From: Mobula hypostoma
Taxonomy: Eukaryota
Length of the DNA stretch: 64,000 nt
Assembly: GCF_963921235.1 (NCBI RefSeq)
Contig: NC_086097.1
Coordinates: forward strand, 159,466,001-159,530,000
Direction: 5' to 3'
The notes under the pieces are model-generated. The model did not search any database. It saw nothing but the letters and a program-made list of their open reading frames with translations, and had not been told where the DNA came from. The translations under genes were made by a program, and so were the position numbers. Of the stretch, positions 51,855 to 63,192 are shown piece by piece (within the stretch, counting starts at the first letter, position 1; every line of letters begins with the position of its first letter).

Positions 51855-53438
51855 CTATAAGCAGTAATTAGTTTTTGAAAATACTAGAATAGATACATAC
51901 ATAAGCACTGCTATCTGAGAAAGTAGCAATTTATCAGCTCACAGTGGGAGGCCACAAGAAATCAGTTTTTTGAAAACTGACGTGATCATGATAAACACTG
52001 GTCAAATGTGCTGACAATAAGGCTATAGTAATTGGACCCCACTGAAATCCGCGGAATGAGATCAAGAAAGGTTCCAGACATGTTATTTGCCATTTAGCAT
52101 GTCAAAAACGGTCAGAACCATATTTATTCTGTCAATCAATACTTGAATATTTGTGTATTCAGAGAGTCAGCTTTATGCAACTGTAAAAAGGATGTTTTGG
52201 GTTTTGCCCTTTGATGCTTTTAGAATTTCAATGAGAACAACCATGTGCTAACAAAGATGTTGAAACAGTCAGAGGTGGTCTTTTCAGTTTAGTGGTGTTT
52301 CAATTCTAAAAGTAATTCTGTGGAACTATTGGTTAACACAAAATATTTAAATAAACTATAGAATTGTAACGACTCTAATTATACTTAATTATCTGTTCTC
52401 TTTGTATTTAAAGGATTTTAAAAATTCAATGTAATTTCAGTTAAGAGATACTTTCAACATGCTTGCTTGTGCTAAATCATCATCAGGTTTATTACTTCTG
52501 CCATACAGTATGTTGTGCAATTTGCTGTTATCCTGCAGGAGCACAGTGAAAAGATATAAAGCATACTAGAAGTTACCGTAAATAATTAAGTAGCGCAGAA
52601 GAGGATTGTTCATGGATCGTTCAGAAATCTGATGGTGGAGGAAAAAATCTGTTCCTAGAATGTTGAATGTGGGTTTTCAGGCTCCTTCCTGCATGTGAAG
52701 AGGTCATGTCCCAGATGGTGAGGGTTCTTGATAGTGGCTGCTTCCTTCTTGAGGCACTGCATTTTAATGATGTCCTTGATGGTGGGAAGGTATCTAGTGA
52801 TGGAGATACCTGAGTCTAAACCCTCTGCATCCTTTGATGAGATTCACAGATCCTGCACAGTGAAGTCTCTGTTCAAAGTGATGATGCAAGCAATCAGAAT
52901 GACCTTCACCATCGTCATCATCAGGTACCGTGCCCAGTTTGAGCTTTGACTGCCATGGCCCACACTCTCTTGTTTCAGTTCAAGTGGATCAATTCTTTGG
53001 TATTCCTTTCCAGTTCTCTGGCTGCTGTCTCCATCATCATTTGTTTTTGCCTTCCTTTTGCTTTCTTCCCTTCAACCTTTCCCATAATTACTATGCATTC
53101 TAACTCCTCTTTCCTAATCACACGTCCAATGAAGTTACGTTGCCTTTTCATGATCTCATACATTATCTCTCTTTTTGTACTTGCTCTGTTCATGCCATCC
53201 TCGTTAGATATTCATTTCATCCATGATATTCTTTGCAAAAACGACATCTCTGCTGCTTCAATTCGTTTCCTCGTGTTACTAGATATTGTCCAACATTCTG
53301 ATCCATATAACATAACTGGACAAACATAACATTTCAGTACTCTGAGGCAGGTTGTCATGCCTAGTTTAGTATTGGTCAACACACATCAAAGTTGCTGGTG
53401 AACGCAGCAGGCCAAGCAGCATCTATAGGAAGAGGCGC

Positions 53439-53474
53439 AGTCGACATTTCAGGCCGAGACCCTTCGTCAGGACT
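53439..53474 (-). ncRNA. Minimal hammerhead motif, GAAAT variant
   Basis: Minus strand AGTC CTGACGA agggtctcggcct GAAAT GTC GACT. Confidence 0.6.
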
Positions 53475-55433
53475 AACTGAAGGAAGAGTGAGTAAGGGAT
53501 TTGAAAGCTGGAGGGGGAGGGGGAGATGCAAAATGATAGGAGAAGACAGGAGGGGGAGGGATAGAGCCGAGAGCTGGACAGGTGATAGGCAAAAGGGGAG
53601 ACGAGAGGATCATGGGACAGGAGGTCCGGGAAGAAAGATGGGGGGGGGTGACCCAGAGGATGGGCAAGAGGTATATTCAGAGGGACAGAGGGAGAAAAAG
53701 GAGAGTGAGAGAAAGAATGTGTGCATAAAAATGAGTAACAGATGGGGTACGAGGGGGAGGTGGGGCCTAGCGGAAGTTAGAGAAGTCAATGTTCATGCCA
53801 TCAGGTTGGAGGCTACCCAGACAGAATATAAGGTGTTGTTCCTCCAACCTGAGTGTGGCTTCATCTTTACAGTAGAGGAGGCCGTGGATAGAAATGTCAG
53901 AATGGGAATGGGATGTGGAATTAAAATGTGTGGCCACTGGGAGATCCTGCTTTCTCTGGCGGACAGAGCGTAGATGTTCAGCAAAGCGGTCTCCCAGTCT
54001 GCGTCGGGTCTCACCAATATATAAAAGGCCACATCGGGAGCACCGGACGCAGTATATCACCCTAGTCGACTCACAGGTGAAGTGATGCCTCACCTGGAAG
54101 GACTGTTTGGGGCCCTGAATGGTGGTAAGGGAGGAAGTGTAAGGGCATGTGTAGCACTTGTTCCGCTTACACGGATAAGTGCCAGGAGGGAGATCAGTGG
54201 GGAGGGATGGGGGGGACGAATGGACAAGGGAGTTGTGTAGGGAGCGATCCCTGCGGAATGCAGAGAGAGGGGGGGAGGGAAAGATGTACTTAGTGGTGGG
54301 ATCCCGTTGGAGGTGGCGGAAGTTACGGAGAATAATATGTTGGACCCGGAGGCTGGTGGGGTGGTAGGTGAGGACCAGGGGAACCCTATTCCTAGTGGGG
54401 TGGTGGGAGGATGGAGTGAGAGCAGATGTACGTGAAATGGGGGAGATGCATTTAAGAGCGGAGTTGATAGTGGAGGAAGGGAAGCCCCTTTCTTTAAAAA
54501 ATGAAGACATCTCCCTCGTCCTAGAATGAAAAGCCTCATCCTGAGAGCAGATGCGGCGGAGAAGGAGGAATTGCGAGAAGGGGATGGCGTTTTTGCAAGA
54601 GACAGGGTGAGAAGAGGAATAGTCCAGATAGCTGTGAGAGTCAGTAGGCTTATAGGCTCCCTACACAACTCCCTTGTCCATTCGTCCCCCCCATCCCTCC
54701 CCACTGATCTCCCTCCTGGCACTTATCCGTGTAAGCGGAACAAGTGCTACACATGCCCTTACACTTCCTCCCTTACCACCATTCAGGGCCCCAAACAGTC
54801 CTTCCAGGTGAGGCATCACTTCACCTGTGAGTCGACTAGGGTGATATACTGCGTCCGGTGCTCCCGATGTGGCCTTTTATATATTGGTGAGACCCGACGC
54901 AGACTGGGAGACCGCTTTGCTGAACATCTACGCTCTGTCCGCCAGAGAAAGCAGGATCTCCCAGTGGCCACACATTTTAATTCCACATCCCATTCCCATT
55001 CTGACATTTCTATCCACGGCCTCCTCTACTGTAAAGATGAAGCCACACTCAGGTTGGAGGAACAACACCTTATATTCCGTCTAGGTAGCCTCCAACCTGA
55101 TGGCATGAACATTGACTTCTCTAACTTCCGCTAGGCCCCACCTCCCCCTCGTACCCCATCTGTTACTCATTTTTATGCACACATTCTTTCTCTCACTCTC
55201 CTTTTTCTCCCTCTGTCCCTCTGAATATACCTCTTGCCCATCCTCTGGGTCACCCCCCCCCCCAACTTGTCTTTCTTCCCGGACCTCCTGTCCCATGATC
55301 CTCTCGTATCCCCTTTTGCCTATCACCTGTCCAGCTCTCGGCTCTATCCCTCCCCCTCCTGTCTTCTCCTATCATTTTGCATCTCCCCCTCCCCCTCCAG
55401 CTTTCAAATCCCTTACTCACTCTTCCTTCAGTT

Positions 55434-55469
55434 AGTCCTGACGAAGGGTCTCGGCCTGAAACGTCGACT
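55434..55469 (+). ncRNA. Minimal type I hammerhead motif, intact core
   Basis: AGTC CTGACGA agggtctcggcct GAAAC GTC^GACT; predicted cut after 55465. Confidence 0.8.
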
Positions 55470-57789
55470 GCGCCTCTTCATATAGATGCTGCTTGGCCTG
55501 CTGCGTTCACCAGCAACTTTGATGTGTGTTGCTTGAATTTCCAGCATCTGCAGAATTCCTGTTGTTAGTATTGGTCAGTATACTCTTCATTCTCGTAAAG
55601 GTGTCTTTTGCCATCGCTGGTCTTCTTTTGATGTCCATGTCGCACCTGCCATCTGATGTCACCCAGCTTCCTAAGTTGCTAAAGTTCTGTACTTGTTTCA
55701 TGTCTTCCCCATTTACTTTCAGCCTGCAGATAGGATTCTCCTTCTTTTTGGATATGACCAGACATTCTGTCTTTTTGCAATTGATAGAAAGACAGATTTT
55801 TGCACTTTCTTCAACAACTATACCAATTAAGTTTTGTAGTTCTTCCTCCGTACTTGCAATTAATACAGTGTCATCCACACATCTGAAATTATTGATGTTT
55901 TCACCACCAACTTGAATTCCCAAGATGTCTCTTATTTTTTGTAATATTGTTTCACTGTACACATTAAACAAATCAGGGGAGAAAACATACCCTTGTCTAA
56001 CGCTTCTCTTGATTTTCGTAAACTGACTCACTTCTCCATCTATTCTTACAGCGGCAGTTTGTTCCCAGTACAGATTTCTGATTAGGCGGAGGTCTTTTGA
56101 ACCTACATCTAGAGTTTCCTGTAATATTTCAAATAACTTTATTGTGTTTCACTTTATCACATGCTTTTGTGTAGTTGATAAAACAAACAAATCTTTTTTC
56201 ACTTGAATAGCTCATTCTGATAGTATCCTTAACATCAATATTGCGTTTCTTGTACCTTTGTCTTTCACAAAACCACATTGTTCTTTACCTATTTCAGCTT
56301 GTATCTTACTTTTAGCTCTTGTCATCAAAATTCTTAGAGTATCTTACTGATATGACTCATTAAACTTATGGTCCTATGTAATTCACATTCTATTGCTCCT
56401 GCTTTCTTAGGAAGAGTGATAAATACTGATTTTTTCATCTCTTCTGGTACTATTCCAGTCTCATAAATGACATTGATTAAATCAGTAAATTTTTCAATTC
56501 CATAATCTTCAAGAGCGATAATTTGTTCTATTACTAATTCATCAGGACCCGCTGCCTTTTCTTTCTTCATCTTATTTATTGAATTACAAACTTCAGATTT
56601 TAAAATACTTGGACCTTCAATTTTCTTCTTAATTTCTGTTTTTTTGCCTCGACCGTCTTCAAACAATTCCTGAATATACTCAGTCCATCTGTTCATAATC
56701 TCATCTTTTGCCATGATAATAGTACCGTCCTTTGTTTTCAAACATCCACCTGAAGAACAAAAGGGCTTTTTTACCAGTGATCTTCTTGATTTGTTGGTGT
56801 ACCCTTTTTGGATCAGTAATAGGGATTCTTTCTATTTGCTCACATTCCTGGTTTAACCATTCTTCTTTGGCTTTTTGACATAAGCTTTTAATTTTTTTTA
56901 ATCTAAGAACTTATTTTCCATAGGATTTGCTTTCTTCCATTAGATTTTTGGTTTCATCTGTCATCCATTTATTCTTTGTGCTTTTTTCTTTTTTTAGGAA
57001 TCACTGACTTTGTTGATTCTATCAAGGCATCCTTCATTTCTACATGATTGCTATCATCTTCAACAGATTCTATTTCTAGACTTTGAAATCTATTCCTTAC
57101 TTCAATTGTAAATTTTTGTCTTAAGTTTTCTTCTTTAATTAATTGCGAGTAGTCAAGGGGTTGTTCAGGTTTTTGCTTCTTTAGTTTTTGAAGTTTTACT
57201 TTTACGTGACATATTACTGTGTTATGGTCACTATTACAGTCTGCTCCTGGATATGTTTTGCATTGAGTCACTGAGTTTCTAAATCTTGGGTTTATATTAA
57301 TAAAGTCAATTTGATTTCCGGTGCTATCACCTGGACTTTTCCAGGTCCACAAGCATCTTGAATACAGAAAAATTCTATGAAGAGCTTGAACAAGCACAGG
57401 ATGGATGTATAGTTATTGTCATTGGAGATCTAAGTGCTAAAGTAGGACAAGGTGCTGATGGAAATATCATAGGAAAATTTGGACTGGGGAAAGAAATGAA
57501 AGAGGTGAGAAATGGGAGAGTGGTGCAAGATGAATAATCAGGTCATTATGAATCTTCACCACACATCTGTTGAAACTTGCAACTCTTTGATGATATGCCA
57601 TATGTTAACCCCTTGAAGTCCTGTTGCATTTACACTTTTTTCATATATATACTGAACTCTTTTCATAATAGATACAGCAAATACAAACATTTTTCTGCAT
57701 ACATTCTGCATACAAACATTTCTCTGCATTCATTATAGCATCAGTTCAATGCATTTTCTTACAAATCATCAAAGCCACTCGTTTTTGTC

Positions 57790-59390
57790 CTTAACCAAGA
57801 GGCCTTGAATATCTATTGTGGTCCTTCCCCATGGAACGTGTGTGGTGTCTGCAACAACCCTCAGCGCATCCATCATCATGTATTCTGTCCTTTAGAATAC
57901 TTCATTCAGAAGCAGCCACTTATGGACATCCCTTTGCTCTTGAAGACCAACGGATTTCAGACAGATCCAAAGTCTTTCAAACTTCGAGCTGGTCTGGCTA
58001 AAGGGGCGTATTGTTGAAATAGGGGATAGACAGTGAGTCATTTCATCTATACTGCAACCATCTCAAGAGCAACTTGGCATTGAGACATTGACTGCATATG
58101 AAGACTATGACCAAGAGTCCCTTCTCACTGCCATACCTATAAGGTTTTTCTGTTTGTTTATGAACACAGGAGAAGCATTCTGCTCAATTTCTTTGCTAGT
58201 TCTCATGGGTAACCAACCCTAAGGTTCTCTGGGATATTGCCTGATGGCCTTGTGATTAAAGGTGGTTAACTGCAGAAACTTTTCTATATTGGACAGGTGG
58301 TATAGCAAGATCTAACTGAATGGAACATTACATGGCAACAAGGCCAGGCTCATCCTTTGCTGCCCTGGGGACAGGAGGGACCTCATCATGTAGAGATGAT
58401 TGGTGTGTACATACTCAGGCACCTTGCGTAGTTTGGTGCAGCTACACACCCAGCTCCATAGAACCATTGTGCAACCCTGCCAGTAAGCCATCACTTCTGG
58501 AAGTTTTACTCATGTCATTGAACAGATGGAGTTTGTCAGTGGTTAGTCTATACCCTCCCATTTGCTGTCATTTGGAAGTTCCAGGAGCTTGTGTGCTATC
58601 TATGGGCTGTCTGACATACCAACCAGCACAGAAGGATTTGCAAATCTACAACATGTCCAGTTCAGAGGATGTTATGGTGTCACCTCTTCCTTAAGGCTAT
58701 GTATCGCAGATATCTTAGTGTGAAGATTTTTGGAGAAGTCACAAAAACAATTTTCTTCGATGGGGTAGAATCTGGATTGGAAGTTGATCATGAGCATTCC
58801 AGGGACATGAGCAGATCTGTCTGCTTTTTACATCTTGAAATTCTCCTGAGCATCTACTCCCATTGACTGCAGCAGCAGTAGATTCTACAGTTTTCTGGAG
58901 TTGAGATATCTCCTTCAACTCAGTTTTCTGACAACTTTGAGGATGAAGAATCTCTTGATGTGAGCTCCGATTGTTTTCCACTAGTGTTATCGTTCTTCAT
59001 GGTTCTCAAAGCCGCATAATGCCTCTTCAGGTCCTTGATGTTTTCTGTGGCCAGCATTTTGTTATTCATCTTCCATATCCTTCTCTGAGTCTTTGATCTT
59101 CCAGAAAGAAGCAGTGGTCAGAGAAGAACATCAGGAAAACGTTAGCAGATCAGACTGTGAGCACTTTGGACACAAAGAGAAAGTCCATCCTAGAGCAAAC
59201 TAATCACTTGGCCAAGAACAGGCAAATTGCCATGACAAAGGGTTGCTGAAGATGCTGCAAACATGTAGTTGAATTTTCTGGTCAGAACAGCTGGGGAGAC
59301 AATGCCAACAGTGGTGAGAGCTGCTAAAGGACAGCCAGTCATTTGTTCTTCATCAGGGTGTACACATTGAATAGATGGAGCAGTGAGTTT
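57790..59390 (+). mobile_element. Highly degenerate LINE remnant (possibly Ingi/Vingi or RTE-X)
   Basis: Only faint APE/RT-like fragments and more balanced composition than the flanks. Confidence 0.3.
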
Positions 59391-59527
59391 CTATACATTG
59401 CACCTGCCACTGACAACCTTTCTGACTACAAATGATGGTGAAGTTGCTCCGGTCTTCTGTGGTTCATCTGAAATCACACATCCAATGTTAAAATCTTCCA
59501 CAATCCAATGCTATCTTTCTCACTTAC

Positions 59528-59575
59528 TGTTAAGTATGAAGAAATGTTTGCAATTTCCTTGTAATTATTGCATGT
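59528..59575 (-). CDS. Predicted internal exon, 48 nt, phase 0-0 (TCNNYKEIANISSYLT)
   Basis: Acceptor ctttgtgatttcccag, donor ACA|gtaagt; single open frame. Confidence 0.5.
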
Positions 59576-60229
59576 CTGGGAAATCACAAAGTACATCTAC
59601 AAATTTGCTGTGCTTCACGGACCAGGCATGCTCTTGTAATAAGCCATTACATAAACCTTTACTCCAGCTGACTATTTTTCAGTTACCAAGGCGGCAATTC
59701 ATTTTGCCTTGATTTCTCCATGGGGTTGTATGAAGACTTTGTGAAGACTATTTACATATAAAGGAATTGCTTTCGATGATTATATTAGTGGGTAATTGTC
59801 TGACAGCAGCCTTTGTATGCAATGGTGAATTGAACATATAATTGATATTTGATTAATTTTATTAGCATGGTCTGGAGTTGTCTATAGATTTCCCATTTTA
59901 AAATATCATTTAAGCAGTAATTGTCTGAAGGCACGTGGACTGAATTGTAACAGAGGATGCACAGAGACAGTTCAGCTCTTTCCAATTTAGCTTTTTTTAC
60001 TACTTAAGCATTAAATTAAAATGTTTTAAAACAATGTGAAAGTTAGAATCCAGTTAATGAATCTTGGAATCTGGGACTGAAGGATAGTTTCACCTTTGGT
60101 ACCCATTTCTTTAATATTTGTAGAATCTGGGAATGATTTTTCACTTATGGTCTTTCTTCCAACGGTCAAAATCTCATGATTTTCATTTGTGCATCTTCTT
60201 TGCCTTTCACAATTAAAATGCCTCGGTTA

Positions 60230-60680
60230 GGCATTAGGTGGTAATGAAGAGCAGAGGGACCTTGGTGACACTGAATGAGGCAGCACAGGAAGAAAAATAT
60301 TCTTTCCTTCATTAGTCAGAGCCTATTAGCAGTAAAGTAATGCTACAATTTTATAAAACATTGACCAGGTCACGGCTAGAAATATATAGTGTGCAGTTCT
60401 GGTCACTGCACTCGAGGAAGGATATCACGGCACTGAGAAAGTACAAAGGTTTTGCCAGAGTATTACCTGGGATTGAACCTTTTCAGCTATGAGGAGGGAG
60501 TGGATAGGCGGGGTTTGTTTTTCTTGGAGAGGCACTGTTGGAGCGGGGACCAGAAGGAGATATACAAAATTATGAGGATTATAGGTAGGACAATTTTCTC
60601 CATAACAGAGGTATCTAAAACTAGAAAACATAGGCTAATAGATAAAAATCTTAGTGGGGATCTAGTGAACAATCTTTTCA
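60230..60680 (+). mobile_element. Old CR1 RT C-terminal remnant
   Basis: gagcagagggaccttgg, gtgtgcagttctggtcac, KEIYKIMR. Confidence 0.7.
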
Positions 60681-61154
60681 ATGGAGATTACACACTCATA
60701 GAAGAAGATACATTACACTAGTCACCTGTTAAACAGACCTTCATGGTTTGATGGCAAATCTGGCAAAAATCCACAGCAGGTAACTCAAAGAAACAAAGTC
60801 TGTGAAAATTAATATGCATGAGGAACTTCACTTAGATGGATCTATCCTGTAAAGAATTGCTGTTTTCTATACATTCCCCACAAAGGGAAATTATGCTTCT
60901 TCTTCAGCTCATCTAATCAATGCTGCAGCAGATGATGAATAAATTTGCAATAACAATCCTTTCCATTTGAAATAAATTGAGAGGTAGAAATTCTGAACTT
61001 AATGCTTCCATTCGTCATGGCACTCTGAATACCAGACCTACTAAAATGGCCAATCTTCTCTCAAAAAATACTCCAGAATGCAGAGTTGAAGCCCTAAGGT
61101 TCTCACTAAGTGTTTTGCCATCTCATTTTTATGAAATGACTATGTGACTCAAAA

Positions 61155-61450
61155 TAGAAACATAGAAAACTTATAGTACAATACAGGCCCTTCTGCCCAC
61201 AAAGCTGTGCCGAACATGTCCATACCTTAGAACTACCTAGGCTTTACCCATAGCCCTCTGTTTTACTAAGCACCATGTACCCATCCAGGAGTCTGGTAAA
61301 ATACCCTATTGTTTCCGCCTCCACCACCACTGCCAGCAGCCCATTCCACGCACTCACCACTCTGCATAAAAAACTTATCCCTTTCATCTCCTCTGTACCT
61401 ACTTACAAGCACCTTAAAACTATGCACTTGCGTGCTAGCCATTTCAGCCC
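61155..61450 (-). mobile_element. CR1 3' end
   Basis: atagaaacatagaaa tail. Confidence 0.75.
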
Positions 61451-61565
61451 TGACTCTGAATCAATATTGTTTTTTATCCAGTTGAAGCAGCTGTAATAAG
61501 AAAACGGTTGAAAATCCAGGGAAGCAAGCAATGTCTGTGGACTCCACTGGAAGATGGAGTTAAAA

Positions 61566-62060
61566 GACCATGAAACATGGAGCAGAAGTAGGACTTTCAA
61601 CCCATTGAGTCTGCTCCACCATTTCATCATGGCTGATCCCAGATCCCACTCAACCCCATACACCTGCCTTCTCGCCCTATCCTTTGATCCCTTGACCAAT
61701 CAGTGTTCCACAGATACACTACTCTTTGACTAAAAAAACTTCACCTTACCTCTGTTCTAAAAGGTTGCCTCTCAATTTTGAGGCTATGCCCTCTAGTTCT
61801 TGATACTCCCACCTTAGGAAACATCCTCTCCACATCCACTCTATCTAGTTCTTTCAACATTCGGTAGTTTTGAAAGAGGTCCCTCTGCATTCTTCTAAGT
61901 TCAAGTGAGTACAGCTCCAAAGCTGCCAACACTCCTCATATATTAACCCCTTCATTCCAAGAATCATCATCATGAACCTCCTTTGGACTATCTCCAATGA
62001 TAACATATCTGGGGCCCAAAACTGTCGACAATACTTCAAGTGTAGCCTGACTAGAGTGGC
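61566..62060 (-). mobile_element. CR1 3' fragment
   Basis: LYSLELRRMQRD..SRTRGHSLKI. Confidence 0.8.
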
Positions 62061-62379
62061 GATCAGCAATTCACAGTATTCGCGCAGTGTTTGATGGGAC
62101 CATTCTAAGCCAGGGGAAATTATAACAGGGCAAATAATGAGTTTCCAATATTGCCAAAATACAAAAATCCAAAGAAATGAAGGAATGATAAAACAAAATG
62201 TTTCTAAATATGAATTCTGATTAGGAATCTGTTGTAAATATGAATAATATTAGTTTTTAAGCATTTATAAAATTAGTTAAATTCATCCTCAGTTGTACGT
62301 GCTAAACGCACAACATAATGGCAGTGTGGACCCTTTGGTTTCTTTTAAGCTGTGTTTCAGTTCTACTGATTTAACTGCT

Positions 62380-63192
62380 ATAAGATGGCAGCATGCTTGT
62401 TTACAGTGGCCTTTCTGGGTCCAAACAAAGCTGTATTTATTCATACTTTAATTTTTTTTATCATTGCAAGATACTACCCAATATTCAGAACATCAAGTAC
62501 AGCAGGTCTACCTCACGAGTGAGTTGCGCGGTAACAGAGGAGCTGGACTTGTTGTGGTCCATGTTGCCACCTGCTACAGGAAGGTACCAGAGGCGGTCTG
62601 CAAAGGAGGTGCATGGTCCAACAAATGGTGCAAATGATGGTCTTGGATGTTTTTCTTGCGATCGTAAGACTCTGTTCGACATTAGTAAAGCAGAACACTG
62701 CAAATCCGGTTCACTGATTCATTGGGGAGAGCGGAGATGGGGGAAGCTGTGAGGGCCCGGTTGTTGCGTGGACCAGGCCCTCATGCCATGGGTCACCTGT
62801 TGTAGCTGCCCAGAGAAGGAGAGGTGTGGAGTGGTGGGCATCCATTCTGGTTTGGGGTCAGGCCCCTCCCATTGGTATTGCCTTCCAGTATTGACTCGTT
62901 GGAAGACAAGCTGAACTTCGTTCATCTGTGGCTGCACTAGTGGGTGATGATTGAACTGCTGCTAGCCTGTTCTTGCTAATAACATTCAATGCACCATCAA
63001 TCTACAGGACATGACACTCAGGGATATTGTTATTATGTTTTGTGACTGTACATCTGCTCCAATCGCAATTATATGTGCCTTGTGTCGTGTATGACTATTG
63101 GTATTGTGTTTGACACTTTGACCCTGAAGGAATGCTGTCTGAAAGGATTTGTGGGTATTCATCCATGGTGAATGACATTTAAACTTGATCTT
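62380..63192 (+). mobile_element. Internally deleted Rex-like non-autonomous element
   Basis: 5' aagatggc, LEDKL-like APE start remnant, Rex-type 3' end atgacatttaaacttgatctt. Confidence 0.5.

Larger units (their letters stand above)
53379..55564. mobile_element. Young 2.2-kb fold-back Penelope (minus copy 53379-54654, plus copy 54655-55564)
   Basis: Two near-identical GIY-YIG ORFs on opposite strands; 13-bp perfect TSD ttagtattggtca at 53366-53378 and 55565-55577. Confidence 0.95.
52912..57553 (-). mobile_element. RTE-clade LINE with inverted 5' segment (57362-57553)
   Basis: (cat)n tail; VRQGYVFSPDLFN, FRCVDD, KAAGPD, NQIDFI, SDH; TSD cttcacca at 52904-52911 and 57554-57561. Confidence 0.9.
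52475..57600 (-). mobile_element. Old Rex-like 3' fragment (52475-52911 and 57554-57600) hosting the RTE
   Basis: caatcagaatgaccttcacca|cacatctg rejoins across the RTE. Confidence 0.6.

Noticed and set aside
54090..55134. 210-aa and 202-aa ORFs as novel fusion proteins
   Set aside because: They cross the inversion junction near 54655 and are by-products of the fold-back
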